Assembly (NCBI GenBank): GCA_013115145.1
Contig: JAAPAO010000102.1
Location: forward strand, 1 to 64,000
Direction: 5' to 3'
DNA length: 64,000 bases
DNA from: Perkinsus chesapeaki ATCC PRA-425
Lineage: Eukaryota > Protista > Perkinsozoa
Shown: one piece after another, positions 61,061-64,000 of the stretch
How the letters are laid out: the number at the start of each line of letters is the position of its first letter
Position numbering within the stretch: position 1 is the first letter of the stretch
Notes under the pieces: model-generated
Database searches by the model: none
What the model was told of the DNA's origin: nothing
What the model saw: only the letters and a program-made list of their open reading frames with translations
Made by a program: the position numbers and the translations under genes

Positions 61061-62155
61061 GAATCTGAAAGGTAGCGTTACTCCACACGTGAAGCGCGTC
61101 TCTTCTGAGTTTTAATGTATTCATTCGCTCGGCGAGATCCCTTAAGTCCTACCTAACCATCCTAAGGGAGGACGAAGTAATACCGAGCTGCCACACGTTG
61201 AGCCCAAAAGGAAAGCAATTGATAATCCCTCTCTCACTAAAAACATACTCCCCGATTTCTGACGAATGTCTGCACTAGCTACACTTCTCCACCCACCACG
61301 GTGAGGTCAATACGAAAGTGATGGGCGATTCCGGCGAATGCTCACGGTTCCGGCCGGCTGCCAACATATGCATTGATAATCCCAACTGCCTCATCCAAAA
61401 CGCCATGTGGATCGGCGTAGAAGTCGCTGTGCTTCGGATGCTGAATGAACCCCCAAACCTTGGGCCAGGAATTATACAAGAAATGTGATGGTTCGATGGT
61501 AGCTTCACCACGGTGACAGTGCAGTTCGCCCGGTGTAGCGGACAGGTCCGCTACGGCGAAGCATGCCGCAGAGAGGCTTGGGGCGACCATTACTAGACTT
61601 AATTAATAGAGGAATTAATGGCACACGCGTTCTTCAAGATTTGCACTTCGCTCTTTCAGTTGCGAACAAAAGCCAGCGAGCATTGAGATTGAGAGAGAGT
61701 GAACCCGCAGTAGGTTAGAATCGGCGTGTCTACAGACCGATTGATCGGCCAACTCGGCCCCAGTGGGAACCGCCGTATTAGCTTCCGGTGCTGGTTGATA
61801 ACCGCGACGACGGTACTGACAAACGCAGTGCAGCAGTATGGGTGGAAATGGCGGACAGATGTAACGCATGCAATCAATTCATGTTTATGGGGTGCCATCA
61901 TCATCATAATCAGCATCCAGCGGTGGCCTCGGAGATCTACGTGTCATCGGTGAGGCCCCGTCAACGTTCCTTCTGGAGATTGGGCTCTAAAGAGGCACCC
62001 ACGCCTGCGTGATCGTATGTGATTATCACCGCTCACCATCATGCCTGCCACCACGATTTCCTCGTGGCTCTCCTCCACCGCTGGCTGAAGTGCTTCGATA
62101 GCGTTACAAATCCTTCTCATTATTTCCTACGGAAGACATGACATCGCTGACAGCA

Positions 62156-63790
62156 CTAGCCTACTTTGCTGTTGATCCCTAGAAGCTCACACCAGACTTC
62201 GACATCTCTCTCGTCAGCTAGTGTCACCGTGACATCATCCAACGAGCCAGTCTCCCGGTCTTCCCGACTCTTAATACGCTCGATCCAAGCCTCGCTCTGA
62301 TGGCAAATGAATCTAGCTTCATAGTCGGCATGAAGATCTGCCCTATCTATATAAGCCATACAAAATGTCTGGAGTTCTTCGACACCGAATGAAAGCAAGT
62401 GGGAAATAGACCTATTTCTCACAGCAGTATTTCTCACCAAAAGACTGCCGACTCCCCAACTGCCAGGTCCTTGACGTAGGTTAGTATCAGCAAAACAGTC
62501 ATTCACCAGATAGCTGCTCATCTCCAAGTTAAGTTCCGACACACAGACACCCAAACAGTAATTCCCTAAGAAAACTGTCCCACCGCGGCCAGGCACCTAA
62601 TGATGCCCACCGTTGATTTCATCTTGCTGGTCAACGACCTCCTCCAGAGACTCCTCGCCGTACTTCGAGCGGATCTATCACAAATTTCGAGTAATATTTT
62701 ATTCACATCATCTTCACCTTTTCAAGCAGCAGCTTAGCCGTGTCGTACTTCTGATTGGCTATGGCGCAGTAAACCGGCGTACGTCCATCGAAGTCAGTGA
62801 GGCGAGGATCCGCTTCGTTTTCTGAAAGGGCCAACATTGGCCTATGCAGCTTGCACAGCGCCATAGCCTCTGCAGTCTTGGGGGGCGTATTGTGCAAGCC
62901 GATAGTCGTCAACGAGTGCAAGGCTTTCCAATCAACATCGAGAGCTATTGAAAGTATCGAACTGAGCTCCTGCGCTATAATGAGCCTTGTGTTTTCCTAG
63001 TAGAAGTTCTGCGGGGCCTTTACCAAGGAGGGCCACGAGATTCTCGATATTATTATTAATAATAAAATATTGATTGTTCAATCCGACCTTTCCAAGGCGC
63101 AAAGGTGGCCAAACCTACCGCAGCCCAGCAGATAGGAAAACGTACATCAAGAGGAAAGATGCGGTTCCGGTTGAGCTCTGATCCTCACCTATCAAGAATT
63201 CTATCACAGCGGTTGAATTCCTTCCAGCAGCGGCGTAGTGCAGTGCCGTGGCCCCAGTCTTCGGGTTGACAAAGGTAGCATCGCAATCAAACAGGTTCAC
63301 CAGCTTCTTCAGAACCGGTAAAGCGTTTTTATCGTGCGGTTTTTGGCATACCTTCTGGGAGCTATTAAGATCTCCATAGGTAAACTTACCTGAAGCACCA
63401 CTGTATCGCCTGTGTCGGGGTTGGGCTCGTCCGGAGCGGCGCCGCTGTCCACCAGCAGGCCGAGGAGCTTGTGATCGCAGTTCTTCTCCAGAGCAACGCG
63501 GAAAGGACTTAGCTGATGATTGGAGTACACATTGACCTGCGCACCATACAGATTCCGAAAGATACTCTTCTGCGCACGCGTGCGGTTACACTAGCTCCAG
63601 CCTTCAAAAGCAGCTTCACCAGCACGTCCCTCGACTTTGGTTTCTTCAGAGCAGCGAAGAGCGGCGTCTCTCCATTGCCGATTTTCTTGTCCGGATCGGC
63701 TCTATACTGTAGCAGTATCTCGCACATCTTAGGCACCCCTCGATTAGCCGCCGCATAGAGCGGACTGAACCCTGTGGAAGGTGCCGTATT
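62156..63790 (-). CDS. Ankyrin-repeat protein; the 5' end probably lies beyond the window
   Basis: ADPDKKIGNGETPLFAAL; GAAPDEPNPDTGDT; GATALHYAAAG; ADPRLTDFDGRTPVYCAI. Confidence 0.85.
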
Positions 63791-64000
63791 AGGATCAGCC
63801 TTGCCTGATTGACAACGGTCAAATATTCTCTTTTACATCACATAGCTTCGTTTCTACTACGAACTATTGGCTTATACTTGTAATAGTACAAATTGTAAAG
63901 TGTCAGTAATAGAATAATTGGCACTACTATACGTTATTAAACATACACCTAGCAATCAAAGTGAACGTGCAACACAGGTAGGTAGTACATCACGCAGAAA

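Overview
Eukaryotic, gene-dense, intron-rich window with mostly 40-60 nt GT-AG introns. The myzozoan-type genes (ApiCOX-like subunit, ion-channel/adenylyl-cyclase fusion, RAP-like protein, CRT-like transporter) suggest an alveolate, most likely Perkinsus-like; this is an inference. About 25 protein genes can be reconstructed by eye. Two things stand out. (1) A tandem array of four intron-containing paralogs of the bacterial enzyme Lgt (prolipoprotein diacylglyceryl transferase) at 3.4-15.7 kb. All four share non-canonical residues at the E. coli H103 and R143 positions. (2) A recurring link between tRNA sequence and spliceosomal introns. Intact tRNA-Pro and tRNA-Cys, and probably tRNA-Arg(ACG), sit in introns, with their T-run terminators in or near the polypyrimidine tract. 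At least seven further introns (six of them 45-95 nt) in four unrelated genes contain decayed tRNAs or tRNA 3' halves of different isotypes, abutting the splice sites. Other oddities are a Ser-to-Asp nucleophile switch in one of two tandem lipases, loss of the catalytic Arg in the cyclase, a bacterial-looking tRNA-Arg(ACG), and clusters of perfect palindromes. Exon structures were inferred manually, so coordinates of multi-exon genes are approximate spans. No database searches were run. Two N gaps (23-122 and 25315-25411) lie inside tandem repeats.
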